DNA of 64,000 nt, from the NCBI GenBank assembly GCA_964463915.1, contig CAYXEH010000003.1:38547-102546 (forward strand), in the 5' to 3' direction. The position numbers and the translations under genes are program-made. The notes beneath the pieces are model-generated. The model saw only the letters and a program-made list of their open reading frames with translations, was not told the DNA's origin and made no database searches. The stretch comes from an uncultured Bacteroidales bacterium. GTDB lineage: Bacteria > Bacteroidota > Bacteroidia > Bacteroidales > UBA7960. The stretch's first letter is position 1, and each line of letters opens with the position of its first letter. Positions 1 to 9,467 of the stretch are shown here, one piece after another.

Positions 1-3000
1 ATGACCAATATATAGTCATTGGACCTGATGTGTGGAAAGAGACCCATCGAAACCCCGAGTTTGCCGAAGACCATTACCTGTTCCGGTCGTGGAGAGAACA
101 TGCCGCCAGCCAGGGACTTCATTTCAGAATCGGTCGCTGGCAGGTGCCGGGGAATCCGATAGCTATCCTGGTGGACTTCACCCCGCTTTTTGGTCAGAAA
201 AATGAAATTTTTAAAGATTACTGGGATAAGTTTGAGCTGAATTCTTTGAGTGGTCAATGGGACTATACGGAACCTGCATTGTTTGGTTATGCAGCAGGCC
301 AGGTAATAGAGAGCTTTTATCACTACTACATGACTGCCCACGATCATTTTATTGCCCACTTCCATGAGTGGCTGACCGGAACCGGTGTGTTATACCTGAA
401 AGACCGGGTGCCGCAGGCATCTACCGTTTTCACTACCCATGCAACAGTCCTTGGGCGTTCAATTGCCGGTAGCGGCCAGGATCTCTATACCCTGAAGGAA
501 GAGATTGATCCCGGTGCCATGGCTGCAGAACTTGGTATTGTTTCAAAATTCAGCCTTGAAAAGGTGACAGCCCATCATGCAGATTCTTTCACTACAGTCA
601 GCGAAGGGATTGCCGGTGAATGCAGAATCTTTCTGGAGAAGGAGCCGGATGTGATTACGCCCAATGGCTTCCATCATAAGCTGGTCGCCTCCGGAAGTGA
701 AAATGCCGGAACCCGGGTTAAAAGCAGGCAACGCTTGATCGAGGTGGCAAAAGGCCTGCTGAATACGGATATTGCTGATGATTCTCTCCTGCTTTTACAT
801 AGCGGGCGTTATGAATTTCGCAATAAAGGAACCGATTTATTGATCGATGCCCTTGGGGAACTGAACCAGCAATCCGGCAAACAAACAATCGTTGCGTTTA
901 TTCTTGTTCCCGATAACCAGGGCGGTCCCCTTTATCATGTGGCAGAAAGAATTCAATCACCTGATTATGCCAATCCCGTGAACGGAGAATACCTCACCCA
1001 CAGATTGAAAGATCCGGATCAGGATGCCATTATTCAACGACTGAAGCAAGCCGGACTTGAAAACAAGATTGAAGACCGTGTAAAGATCGTTTTTTCTCCT
1101 GCTTATCTGAACGGCAAGGATGGCTTATACAATATTCCGTATTACGATATCCTTTCCGGTTTTGATGTCAGTGCCTTCCCTTCTTATTATGAACCCTGGG
1201 GTTATGCTCCAATGGAAAGCATGGCCAACAGGGTACCGACAATGACTTCTTCCCTGTCCGGCCTGGGTCAGTGGGTAATAAATCATCAGAAGGATTATGA
1301 AAAAGGCATTCAAATCGCAGAGCGAAATGACCACAATGACAAAGAGGCAACCACGGAAATTGCCGGAATTTTTCGCAAGTGGCTGAATGAAGCCGGAAAT
1401 AATGGCTTTACAGGAAGGGATCATGATACAGATCCTCTCTGCCATATCAGCCTGTTACCCGGGCGCGGGCGTGCAGCAGAAATCATCCGGGAACTGGTCT
1501 GGGAAAATCAGTTCCCCGCCTATGAAAAAGCCTTTGCTGCGGCCATTGAAAAGGCAACTGCCCGTTATCAAAAATATAAGGACAAAAAGCAACCCGTTAA
1601 AGAGGTTAAATTGCCCCCGGCTGAATCCATGCGTCCCAAATGGAAGAAAGTGACCGTGGAGATCAATGTACCTGATGAACTGAAAGCTTTGCCGGAACTG
1701 GCAAAAAACATCTGGTGGACATGGAATTATGAAGCGCAGGATCTTTTTGAAAGCATTGATCCCGATCTATGGGAACAATGTGAAAAAAACCCCATTACGC
1801 TACTTGAAAATCTCGGATTGGAGCATTTTGAGAGTCTCCGGAAAAATGACACCTTCCTTGGAAAATATAATGAGGTTGTAAAGAAATTCAACGATTACAT
1901 GGAAGAAGGGCGCAACAAAAAATCAAAACAGATCGCCTATTTTTCCATGGAGTATGGATTGCACGATACCATAAAAATTTATTCCGGTGGTCTGGGTGTA
2001 CTGGCGGGTGATTACCTGAAGCAGGCAAGTGATGACAATGTGGATATGGTTGGCATTGGTTTGCTTTACAGGTACGGCTACTTTTCCCAGAGCCTCTCTG
2101 TGCATGGAGAGCAGGTTGACACTTATTACCCGCACAATTTCTCCAAGATGTCTGCCACGCCGGTCCGGGACAAAAATGGCGAACGGATTAAGATCAGCAT
2201 TGCGTTCCCTGGCAGAATCCTGCACGCCAGGGTGTATCGGATTGATGTGGGACGTATACCCTTATATCTGCTGGATACCGATATTTCTGAAAATGCACCG
2301 GCAGACCGCTTCATTACCCATCAATTGTATGGGGGGGACTGGGAAAACCGTTTCAAGCAGGAATTTCTCCTGGGAATTGGCGGTATCCGTCTTCTTGATG
2401 CCCTGAACCTGGATCCTTCCATTTATCACTGTAATGAAGGACATGCTGCTTTTACCGGCCTGGAGCGTCTCCGGAAATATGTGCAGGAAGAAGGTATAGG
2501 TTTTCATGAAGCTATCGAAGTGGTGCGTGCAAGCAGCCTCTTTACCACCCATACACCGGTCCCGGCCGGACACGACTTCTTTAACGAGGATATGCTTCGG
2601 ACCTATATGCCGCATTATGCAGACCGCCTGGGTATCAGCTGGGAAGAATTCATCAGCCTTGGAAGAACAAATCCGGATGACACAGATGAAGACTATTCCA
2701 TGAGTGTGCTTGCCACCAAACTTTCAAGAGAAGTAAACGGGGTGAGTAAAATTCATGGTGAGGTATCCAGAAACATGTTCAAGGACCTGTATCCTGGTTA
2801 TTTCCCTGAAGAACTCCATATCGGGCACGTGACCAATGGGGTGCACTATGGTACCTGGACAGCCAGTGAGTGGCAGGAGCTTTACAAGAAAACATTTGGG
2901 AAAGAATTCCTTCAGAATGTGGCTGATCCGGATAACTGGGCCAGGATTTACGAGGTGCCGGATCAGGATATCTGGGAAATCCGGAATTCAAGGAGAAAGG

Positions 3001-4169
3001 CCCTGCTTGACTACATTAAGCAGCGTTTACTGAATAACTTATCACGCAGGCAGGAAACCCCCAGGAGGATCTACCAGGTAATGGAAGCCATTAACCCGGA
3101 TACCCTGACCATTGGTTTTGCCAGGCGGTTTGCTACTTATAAGCGGGCACACCTGTTATTCAACGACCTCGACAGGTTGTCAAAGATCGTCAACAACCCG
3201 GATATGCCGGTCCAGTTTATCTATGCTGGTAAGGCACACCCGGCAGACAAGGCGGGCCAGGGGCTGATCAAACATATCCTGGATATCAGTAAGCGTAAAG
3301 AGTTTCATGGCAAGATCCTATTCCTGGAAGACTATGACATGGAATTGGGGCGTGAACTGGTCAAAGGGGTGGATATCTGGCTGAATACCCCGACACGACC
3401 GCAGGAAGCATCAGGAACCAGCGGTCAGAAAGCGGCATTGAACGGGGTAATGAATTTTAGTGTACTTGATGGCTGGTGGGCTGAGGGTTACCAGGAAGAA
3501 ACCGGATGGATGCTGAAAGAGGAAAAGACCTTCGACAATCAGGATTTCCAGAATGAGCTGGATGCAGAGACCATCTACAATACCCTGGAGTCAGAAATCG
3601 TGCCCATGTATTATAAGCGTGATTCCGACGGCATTCCTAAACAATGGGTTCGCTGGATAAAGAATTGCATCTCCAGGGTCGCCCCCCATTTTACGAACAA
3701 GCGGATGCTGGATGACTACTTTGCCCTTTTCTACCATAAGTTGTTTGAAGCGGCAGAGGAGATGAAGGAAAATAATTATTCCAAAGCAAAAGATCTTGTA
3801 CACTGGAAACACCGGGTACTAAACGGATGGGATGGTGTCGAGGTGGTCAGTAAAAAGCTCATGAGCAACTCCGGCAAAACCCTTTTGCTTGGGCAGCCTT
3901 TTGTGGCCGAACTGACCCTTGATCTGAAACACCTGAAAGAATCGGATTTTGGAGTTGAGGTGGTGTTTGTAAGAAAATCAGTGGAAGGAAGCAGGGAAAT
4001 CATGTCTGTCTATGAAATGGAGCCCGGTAAGAGAAAGGATAATCAGATCAGCTACAGATGTGAGATTGCAGCGAAACATACCGGTGCATTTAATTATGCA
4101 TTCCGTATGTTTCCAAGGCATCCATCGCTTGCCCATCGCCAGGACTTTAATCTGATCAGGTGGATCTGA
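1..4169 (+). CDS. Fused eukaryote-type (GT3) glycogen synthase / GT35 alpha-glucan phosphorylase; 5' end cut by window edge
   Basis: Track ORF starts at GTG 30, but the frame stays open back to nt 3 (..DQYIVIGPD-VWKE..), so the N-terminus lies upstream of the window. N-half has GT3 motifs AHFHEWLTG and TVFTTHATVLGR. From about aa 535 there is a DUF3417-like segment (NIWWTWNYEAQDLF), then GT35 motifs IAYFSMEYG, GGLGVLAGD, FARRFATYKRAHL, GKAHPADK and EASGTSGQKAALNG. Confidence 0.9.
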   Translation, partial: DQYIVIGPDVWKETHRNPEFAEDHYLFRSWREHAASQGLHFRIGRWQVPGNPIAILVDFTPLFGQKNEIFKDYWDKFELNSLSGQWDYTEPALFGYAAGQVIESFYHYYMTAHDHFIAHFHEWLTGTGVLYLKDRVPQASTVFTTHATVLGRSIAGSGQDLYTLKEEIDPGAMAAELGIVSKFSLEKVTAHHADSFTTVSEGIAGECRIFLEKEPDVITPNGFHHKLVASGSENAGTRVKSRQRLIEVAKGLLNTDIADDSLLLLHSGRYEFRNKGTDLLIDALGELNQQSGKQTIVAFILVPDNQGGPLYHVAERIQSPDYANPVNGEYLTHRLKDPDQDAIIQRLKQAGLENKIEDRVKIVFSPAYLNGKDGLYNIPYYDILSGFDVSAFPSYYEPWGYAPMESMANRVPTMTSSLSGLGQWVINHQKDYEKGIQIAERNDHNDKEATTEIAGIFRKWLNEAGNNGFTGRDHDTDPLCHISLLPGRGRAAEIIRELVWENQFPAYEKAFAAAIEKATARYQKYKDKKQPVKEVKLPPAESMRPKWKKVTVEINVPDELKALPELAKNIWWTWNYEAQDLFESIDPDLWEQCEKNPITLLENLGLEHFESLRKNDTFLGKYNEVVKKFNDYMEEGRNKKSKQIAYFSMEYGLHDTIKIYSGGLGVLAGDYLKQASDDNVDMVGIGLLYRYGYFSQSLSVHGEQVDTYYPHNFSKMSATPVRDKNGERIKISIAFPGRILHARVYRIDVGRIPLYLLDTDISENAPADRFITHQLYGGDWENRFKQEFLLGIGGIRLLDALNLDPSIYHCNEGHAAFTGLERLRKYVQEEGIGFHEAIEVVRASSLFTTHTPVPAGHDFFNEDMLRTYMPHYADRLGISWEEFISLGRTNPDDTDEDYSMSVLATKLSREVNGVSKIHGEVSRNMFKDLYPGYFPEELHIGHVTNGVHYGTWTASEWQELYKKTFGKEFLQNVADPDNWARIYEVPDQDIWEIRNSRRKALLDYIKQRLLNNLSRRQETPRRIYQVMEAINPDTLTIGFARRFATYKRAHLLFNDLDRLSKIVNNPDMPVQFIYAGKAHPADKAGQGLIKHILDISKRKEFHGKILFLEDYDMELGRELVKGVDIWLNTPTRPQEASGTSGQKAALNGVMNFSVLDGWWAEGYQEETGWMLKEEKTFDNQDFQNELDAETIYNTLESEIVPMYYKRDSDGIPKQWVRWIKNCISRVAPHFTNKRMLDDYFALFYHKLFEAAEEMKENNYSKAKDLVHWKHRVLNGWDGVEVVSKKLMSNSGKTLLLGQPFVAELTLDLKHLKESDFGVEVVFVRKSVEGSREIMSVYEMEPGKRKDNQISYRCEIAAKHTGAFNYAFRMFPRHPSLAHRQDFNLIRWI

Positions 4170-4214
4170 TAGGAAATTTTGCAAGAAGTTTGTAATTTTA
4201 TGATCCGGTTGGGT

Positions 4215-4232
4215 ATAATCCGGCCGGATTAT
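4215..4232. terminator. 18-bp perfect palindrome ATAATCCGGCCGGATTAT followed by TTATT; weak terminator or operator candidate
   Basis: Read directly in the 112-nt spacer between the glycogen gene stop (4169) and the fabG start (4282). As RNA it gives a 7-bp stem with a GGCC loop. The T-run is poor. Confidence 0.3.
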
Positions 4233-4281
4233 TTATTGGCCTTGTTCAATAGATTATTTATCCAAATAATGACACCATATT

Positions 4282-5028
4282 ATGAAACTACTGGAAGGAC
4301 AAACAGCATTGATTACCGGCGGATCCCGGGGTATCGGGCGAGCCATTGCCCTTGAGATGGCAAGACAGGGGGCCAATGTGGCATTCTCTGATCTCAAATA
4401 TGACGAAACCGCACAGCAAACCGAAAAGGAGTTAAATGAACTGGGCGTAAAAGCAAAAGCCTATGCATCTGATGCCAGCAGTTTTTCAGAGAGCGAGAAC
4501 CTGGTCAATGACGTGGTTGCTGAGTTTGGCATTATTGACATTCTTGTCAACAATGCCGGTATAACAAAAGATACACTGATGATGCGTATGACTGAAGATA
4601 TGTGGGATGATGTAATCCGCATCAACCTGAAATCTGTCTTCAACCTGACCAAAGCCGTGCAAAAATATATGCTGAAGGAGCGCAAAGGCAGTATCATCAA
4701 TATGAGTTCCATTGTGGGTCTCGGGGGAAATGCCGGACAGGCAAATTATGCCGCATCGAAAGCCGGTATAATCGCGTTCACAAAATCAGTGGCCCAGGAG
4801 ATCGGAGCCAGGAACATCAGGGTCAATGCCATCGCCCCGGGTTTTATTGAGACGGAAATGACCGGTCAGTTATCAGAAGATGTAAAAAAAGAGTGGACTG
4901 AAAAAATCCCACTTAAACGCGCCGGTAAACCGGAAGATGTGGCAAACATGGCCGTGTTCCTTGCTTCTGAAATGTCGGCATACGTGACCGGCCAGGTATT
5001 TACGGTTTGCGGTGGAATGAATAAATAA
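4282..5028 (+). CDS. fabG: 3-oxoacyl-[acyl-carrier-protein] reductase
   Basis: 248-aa classical SDR: TGGSRGIGRA cofactor loop, NNAG, catalytic S..YAASKAG. N-terminus MKLLEGQTALITGG and length are typical of FabG. Confidence 0.88.
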   Translation: MKLLEGQTALITGGSRGIGRAIALEMARQGANVAFSDLKYDETAQQTEKELNELGVKAKAYASDASSFSESENLVNDVVAEFGIIDILVNNAGITKDTLMMRMTEDMWDDVIRINLKSVFNLTKAVQKYMLKERKGSIINMSSIVGLGGNAGQANYAASKAGIIAFTKSVAQEIGARNIRVNAIAPGFIETEMTGQLSEDVKKEWTEKIPLKRAGKPEDVANMAVFLASEMSAYVTGQVFTVCGGMNK

Positions 5029-5042
5029 AATGAACTGCTTCA

Positions 5043-6164
5043 ATGCACTGTAAGCAATTGCACATCCTTCAGTTCAAGAACCTGGAGGAAATGAGAGTAG
5101 ATTTCTCATCCAAGTTTAATTGTTTTGCCGGCCATAACGGGGCCGGCAAAACAAATATCCTGGATGCCATTTTTTACCTTTCCTTTTGCAAGAGTTTCGC
5201 CAATCCGATCGATTCGCAGAATATCCGTTTCAGTAAGGATTTCTTTGTTATCCAGGGAGAATATCAGCTGAATGACCAGGCGGATGCAATCTATTGCGGG
5301 CTGAAGCGCGGCCAGCGTAAAGTCTTCAAGCGAAACAAAAAGGAATACGACCGTCTTTCAGATCATATCGGGCAATATCCCCTTGTTCTGCTGAGTCCGG
5401 CTGACAGCCAGCTGATTCTTGGTGGCAGTGAGGAAAGAAGGAAGTTTATTGACGGGGTGATCTCTCAATACAACAAGGAATACCTTCATCGTCTGATTAA
5501 TTACAATAAAGCATTGCAGCAAAGGAATGCCTTATTGAAATCATTTGCGGAGAATCACCATTATGATCCTGCCAGCCTCGACATCTGGGATGAACAGTTA
5601 ATTGCGCATGGTGAATTCATCTTCCGGGAACGAAAAGATTTCTTTGACAGTTTCATGCCAGTGTTTCAAGACTATTACCAGTTCTTATCTGCAGGCAATG
5701 AAGTTACCTCAATTACTTACAATTCAAGCCTGTTACAAACGGGTTTCCGGGAGGATCTGCTGCAGTCCAGGAACAAGGATTGTGCCGTGCAATATACAAC
5801 TACCGGCATTCACAAAGATGACCTTACTTTTCTGATCCATGATCAGCCTGTCAAAAAATTCGGAAGCCAGGGACAGCAGAAATCATTTATTATCGCCCTG
5901 AAGCTTGCCCAGTTTGCCTTTACCAGTAAAATCAAAAACTACCATCCCATCCTTTTATTTGATGACATTTTCGACAAACTGGACGAAAGCAGGGTGAGGC
6001 AGCTTATGGAGCTGGTCAGCAAGGAGGATTTCGGCCAGGTTTTTGTAACTGACACCCATCCCGGCCGTCTGGAAAATCTGTTTCGTGACCTTCCTTCCGA
6101 GTGCAAATTATTTGAAATGAAAAAGGGGGAAGTCTCCTCTGCCAAAATGCTGAACGGATCCTAA
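5043..6164 (+). CDS. recF: DNA replication/repair protein RecF
   Basis: 373 aa. N-terminal Walker A GHNGAGKTNILDAI, SMC-like signature FGSQGQQKS, Walker B ILLFDDIFDKLD. Confidence 0.93.
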   Translation: MHCKQLHILQFKNLEEMRVDFSSKFNCFAGHNGAGKTNILDAIFYLSFCKSFANPIDSQNIRFSKDFFVIQGEYQLNDQADAIYCGLKRGQRKVFKRNKKEYDRLSDHIGQYPLVLLSPADSQLILGGSEERRKFIDGVISQYNKEYLHRLINYNKALQQRNALLKSFAENHHYDPASLDIWDEQLIAHGEFIFRERKDFFDSFMPVFQDYYQFLSAGNEVTSITYNSSLLQTGFREDLLQSRNKDCAVQYTTTGIHKDDLTFLIHDQPVKKFGSQGQQKSFIIALKLAQFAFTSKIKNYHPILLFDDIFDKLDESRVRQLMELVSKEDFGQVFVTDTHPGRLENLFRDLPSECKLFEMKKGEVSSAKMLNGS

Positions 6165-6174
6165 ACAATAACTG

Positions 6175-6465
6175 ATGCGCAGAACCAATGAACGTTCGCT
6201 GGGTGAAATTATCCGCGAAGTACTTAAAGAGCACCGGCTTGAGGGAAAGGTCAATGAGGCCAGGGTGGCCTCAGCCTGGTCCCGGGTCATGGGACAGAAC
6301 ATCTCACGGTACACCACTGCCGTTTATTTAAACGGATCAAGCCTGAAGGTTTGTCTCCGTTCATCGGTGTTGCGCAGCGAGTTGAGCATGGGCAGAGAGA
6401 AGATTGTGTCGATGCTTAACCGCGAACTCGGTGGTGAGGTGGTAAGCGAGATTATTTTCAGTTAG
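6175..6465 (+). CDS. DUF721 (DciA-like) domain protein
   Basis: 96-aa basic protein 10 nt after recF, the usual position of DUF721 genes in Bacteroidota. Called from context, size and composition. Confidence 0.65.
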   Translation: MRRTNERSLGEIIREVLKEHRLEGKVNEARVASAWSRVMGQNISRYTTAVYLNGSSLKVCLRSSVLRSELSMGREKIVSMLNRELGGEVVSEIIFS

Positions 6466-7411
6466 GCTGATGGTCAGTTAATTCCACCTCCAGCCGCCCT
6501 TTCCTGATATCTTTTACCTGTGCCTGCAAGAGCCGGTGTCCTGCATACCGCAGGAGTGTTTCCCGGTCAAGGAATAGCTTAACATCCTCCCCGAAACAGT
6601 CTGTCAATATCATTACCGGCTGCCTGCTGCCGTCAGTAAAAACCAGTTCCTCAAGCCTGTCCAGGGGAAACTCATATATTTTCCCCTTTTCGTAACAGGG
6701 GTGCTCGGGCTCCAGGAAGAAGTACCCTTCGGTGCTGAATTTATCCACCCTGCATCTGATTTTCTGACCTGCCTGAAAGCCATACCGGGCAAAATGTTTC
6801 TTTTTGAGCAGATGCTTTTCCCCATAAGGATCAATGAGAATATAATAAGTCTGGCCGTCATCGGGATGCATTTTCTCTCCCTCCAGGATAAAGTCATATT
6901 GTTTCCCGGGGTGTAATTTCGATGGCTGAAATGCCTCATCTTCTATAACCAGAAAAAGTTGTCCCTTTTTTATTCGTTTTAACAGGCAGCGCAGATGCCC
7001 GGGCGGGCTTTCCCAACGTGCTTTGTTGTATGTGCGAACTCTCCGGTGTTGATTAAAGATATCCCTTACGATAAAGAAATATTCCTCCTCTCCCAGGATA
7101 TTGATCCGGTGCTCCCTGGATATCACATCAAATGAATAGACTTCCCCCTCACGGTAATGCGGATGCATTGGTTCCAGGAACATTCTGCCATTGCAGTTGA
7201 TCTTATCCACCCTGCACAGGACTTCCTTTCCGGGTTCCAGCCCGTATTCCTCATAATATACCCGGGGCAGAAGGGTTTTAAAACCGTTCGGGTCCCGCAT
7301 GATGAACCAGTCGTCACCCGGACCGAGGGAAACGGTTTTTACAATTTTAAAAGGGTATACCCTGCCTTCTTCAAGACGCGCATTGGGGATTGGAACAGAA
7401 CGGATATTCAT
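6458..7411 (-). CDS. Hypothetical protein built from four tandem ~75-aa beta-rich repeats (S1/OB-like, possibly CvfB-like)
   Basis: 317 aa. Repeats 1 and 3 are clearly alike: LEPGKEVLCRVDKINCNGRMFLEPMHPHY versus FQAGQKIRCRVDKFSTEGYFFLEPEHPCY. Each unit starts with a G-x-x-Y-x-F motif (GRVYPF, GEVYSF, GKQYDF, GKIYEF). Starts 6 nt after the pncA stop. Confidence 0.6.
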   Translation of the reverse strand: MNIRSVPIPNARLEEGRVYPFKIVKTVSLGPGDDWFIMRDPNGFKTLLPRVYYEEYGLEPGKEVLCRVDKINCNGRMFLEPMHPHYREGEVYSFDVISREHRINILGEEEYFFIVRDIFNQHRRVRTYNKARWESPPGHLRCLLKRIKKGQLFLVIEDEAFQPSKLHPGKQYDFILEGEKMHPDDGQTYYILIDPYGEKHLLKKKHFARYGFQAGQKIRCRVDKFSTEGYFFLEPEHPCYEKGKIYEFPLDRLEELVFTDGSRQPVMILTDCFGEDVKLFLDRETLLRYAGHRLLQAQVKDIRKGRLEVELTDHQPN

Positions 7412-7417
7412 GGATGA

Positions 7418-8029
7418 TCAGATAGAAGATGAGTGTATGACTTTGCCGCCTTCTTTCTGAATTTTCGATTTCATTTCCTGAAAATCATTTTGATCAATGG
7501 GGCGGGTAGCATCCTCCAGCAAAAAGGTTTCAAACCCTTCACCGATGGCATCCAGGGCAGTGAAAGCTACACAGACATCTCCGGCCAGTCCGCAAATATA
7601 AACTTCCTTAACTCCCTTTCCACGAAGGTAATCAGCCAGACCCGTGGTTTTTTTCTTTCCGTTGTCAAAGAATCCGCTGTAACTGTCGATTGCATGATCC
7701 ATCCCTTTACGGAAAATGGCCTCAACCGCGTTCATGGAAAGATCTTCTGCAAATGCGGCACCTTGGGTCCCCTGCACGCAGTGATCGGGCCACAGGATCT
7801 GTTCCAGGTCACCCAGCATGGTTTTCTCAAAAGGCTTCTTACCCTCATGTGCAGAGGCAAAACTACCGTGACCGTCCGGATGCCAGTCCTGGGTGGCAAC
7901 CACCAGCGAAAATTTTTCCTGTAATTTGTTTACCAGTGGAATGATCTGGTCACCTGCAGGTACTTCCAGGGCGCCCCCGGGAAGAAAGTCATTCTGAATG
8001 TCAACGATGATCAATGCTTCCATAATCAT
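7418..8029 (-). CDS. pncA: Nicotinamidase/pyrazinamidase (isochorismatase fold)
   Basis: 203 aa. IIVDIQNDFLPGGAL, TQDWHP, catalytic Cys context ICGLAGDVCV. Its ATG overlaps the pncB stop (ATGA at 8026..8029). Confidence 0.88.
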   Translation of the reverse strand: MIMEALIIVDIQNDFLPGGALEVPAGDQIIPLVNKLQEKFSLVVATQDWHPDGHGSFASAHEGKKPFEKTMLGDLEQILWPDHCVQGTQGAAFAEDLSMNAVEAIFRKGMDHAIDSYSGFFDNGKKKTTGLADYLRGKGVKEVYICGLAGDVCVAFTALDAIGEGFETFLLEDATRPIDQNDFQEMKSKIQKEGGKVIHSSSI

Positions 8030-9447
8030 AGGTGCTTTTGATAATTATTAACAATTTCGTCGCGTAAATGTTGAAGTTTCTCAGAAATACCGACCTTATA
8101 AATATGGGGAAAGTCAAAACGTTTATGTTCCTCCGGAAGAAGTTTCAGTCTGGACTCCACCCTGTCCCGTATTTCGCTGAGCGATGGCAATGAACCATTA
8201 ATCTCACCATCAATGACGTGTGATACAAATATCTCTTCATGGGAGAGGCCTGACAAATCAAGCGATTTTTCTTTATGTACCGGATGTATCATTTTATCCG
8301 GCTCCTCTCCTTCCAGGGCAATACAATCCGCATAAAAGCAACCTCCGTCGTCCAAATAACGCAGTACCCTTTTCTTCCCGGGCAAGGTGGTTTTCTGGAC
8401 GTTTTCCGAAATCTTTAACCGCCCCTCGCCCTCTGACCAGGCAATTTTATAGACGCCGTCAATGGCTCCATCCGGTTTTCCAATAATCATACTGGTTCCT
8501 ACACCGAACAGGTCAATGGGGGCCTCCTGGTCCAACAAACTCTTGATTACATGCTCATCAAGCTGATTGGAAGCAACAATTTTCACATAATTCAGGTTTT
8601 CCCGGTCAAGCATCTCCCTCGATTTTTTGGCCAGGTAGGCCAGGTCTCCACTATCGAGTCGAATTCCTCTGAGCCTTTTTCCTTCTTTTTCCAAAAGCCT
8701 GGCTACTTTAATTGCATTGGGAACTCCGCTTTTCAGGGTATTGTAGGTATCAACCAACAGTACACAATTGTCGGGGAAGGCCCTTGCGTATTCTTCAAAA
8801 GCTTCGAACTCACTGTCGCAGCTTTCAATGAATGAGTGGGCCATGGTTCCTGAAGGTTCACTGCCGTATTTTTTTGCGGCCAGCACATTGGAGGTATTGT
8901 CAAAGCCGCCGATGACAGCCGCCCTGGAGCCCTGAAGTCCTCCCATACCCTGGGCCCTGCGGAGCCCAAAATCCGACAGAAGGCGTTTGCCTGCAGCGTG
9001 ACGGATGCGATTTGCTTTGGTGGCAATTAACGATTGAAAATTAAGAAAGTTCAGCAGCAAGGTTTCAATGAGTTGAGTTTCCAGCAATCCACCTTCTACA
9101 CGAAGAATGGGCTCCGAAGGAAAAACGAGTTCTCCTTCCCGGACACCCTGAATATGTCCCTTAAACCGAAAACTCTTTAAATACTCAATATAATCTGAAT
9201 GAAGCCCTTTCGTGTGAAGGTAATCCAGTTCATCTTCTGTAAACCTGAGTTCTGTCAATGCTTTCAGAAACTCACCCAGGCCGGCAAACACCACATAGCC
9301 CCCTTTAAACGGAAGTTTCCTGAAAAAATAGTCAAAACATGCAGGCTGCTCATGCCGGCCATTCATGAAATAGGCCTGTCCCATGGTCAGCTGATACATG
9401 TCTGTATATAACGGTGAAAAAATATGATCTGAAGTCATGCGACACAT
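8026..9447 (-). CDS. pncB: Nicotinate phosphoribosyltransferase
   Basis: 473 aa. N-terminal LYTDMYQLTMGQAYF and GTMAHSF motifs typical of NAPRTase. Translationally coupled to pncA. Confidence 0.9.
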   Translation of the reverse strand: MCRMTSDHIFSPLYTDMYQLTMGQAYFMNGRHEQPACFDYFFRKLPFKGGYVVFAGLGEFLKALTELRFTEDELDYLHTKGLHSDYIEYLKSFRFKGHIQGVREGELVFPSEPILRVEGGLLETQLIETLLLNFLNFQSLIATKANRIRHAAGKRLLSDFGLRRAQGMGGLQGSRAAVIGGFDNTSNVLAAKKYGSEPSGTMAHSFIESCDSEFEAFEEYARAFPDNCVLLVDTYNTLKSGVPNAIKVARLLEKEGKRLRGIRLDSGDLAYLAKKSREMLDRENLNYVKIVASNQLDEHVIKSLLDQEAPIDLFGVGTSMIIGKPDGAIDGVYKIAWSEGEGRLKISENVQKTTLPGKKRVLRYLDDGGCFYADCIALEGEEPDKMIHPVHKEKSLDLSGLSHEEIFVSHVIDGEINGSLPSLSEIRDRVESRLKLLPEEHKRFDFPHIYKVGISEKLQHLRDEIVNNYQKHL

Positions 9448-9467
9448 GTTATAATCAAAAAAATGAT

